A stretch of 64,000 bases of DNA, taken from a virus. This document shows, piece after piece, positions 63,990 to 64,000 of this stretch. The position numbers and the translations under genes were made by a program. The stretch is from positions 64,001-128,000 of IMG/VR virus record IMGVR_UViG_3300021197_001787; one strand, 5' to 3'. Within the stretch, counting starts at the first letter, position 1. Each line of letters starts with the position of its first letter. The notes beneath the pieces were generated by a model. It ran no database searches. It saw only the letters and a list, made by a program, of their open reading frames with translations, and had not been told where the DNA came from.

Positions 63990-64000
63990 CGACTTTTTCT

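Noticed and set aside
1-64000. Alternative genetic code
   Set aside because: Long conserved genes are intact under code 11, TAA, TAG and TGA all end genes, and no suppressor tRNA is present.
1-64000. Bacterial chromosome origin (groEL, clpP, ssrA, tRNAs)
   Set aside because: No housekeeping operon context (no groES, clpX or smpB), single-strand gene layout, dense tiny ORFs and virion-type proteins all point to a phage.

Overview
64 kb fragment of a large lytic dsDNA bacteriophage genome (jumbo or T4-like type). Essentially every credible gene lies on the minus strand. No integrase, rRNA, capsid or terminase gene is present in the window. Recognisable content: three glycosyltransferases, PIN-PhoH, HNH, cytidylyltransferases, a complete tmRNA, six tRNAs (including a rare Ile-UAU), a MoxR/vWA pair, a TraR/DksA-like finger, a nucleotidyltransferase, a eukaryote-type phosphomannomutase, a degenerate Dam-like protein, GroEL and ClpP. 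The window splits into two regulatory regimes. The AT-rich flanks carry genes preceded by an ACTAyTTA motif, and many of their products share a MKLLLENWRxYLNE-type N-terminal leader. A more GC-rich 30.5-47.5 kb block consists of about 17 promoter cassettes with a rigid TGACA-N6-TGACA-N9-[-35]-N17/18-[-10]-RBS layout. These cassettes drive chains of small 'MKVGDLV' SH3/KOW-like paralogues (about 35 copies in the window). Many of these genes are joined by a recurring 14-nt junction that encodes both the upstream '-ESR*' end and the downstream 'MKVGD' start. That cassette/paralogue architecture is the most novel-looking feature. All calls are by eye; no database searches were run.
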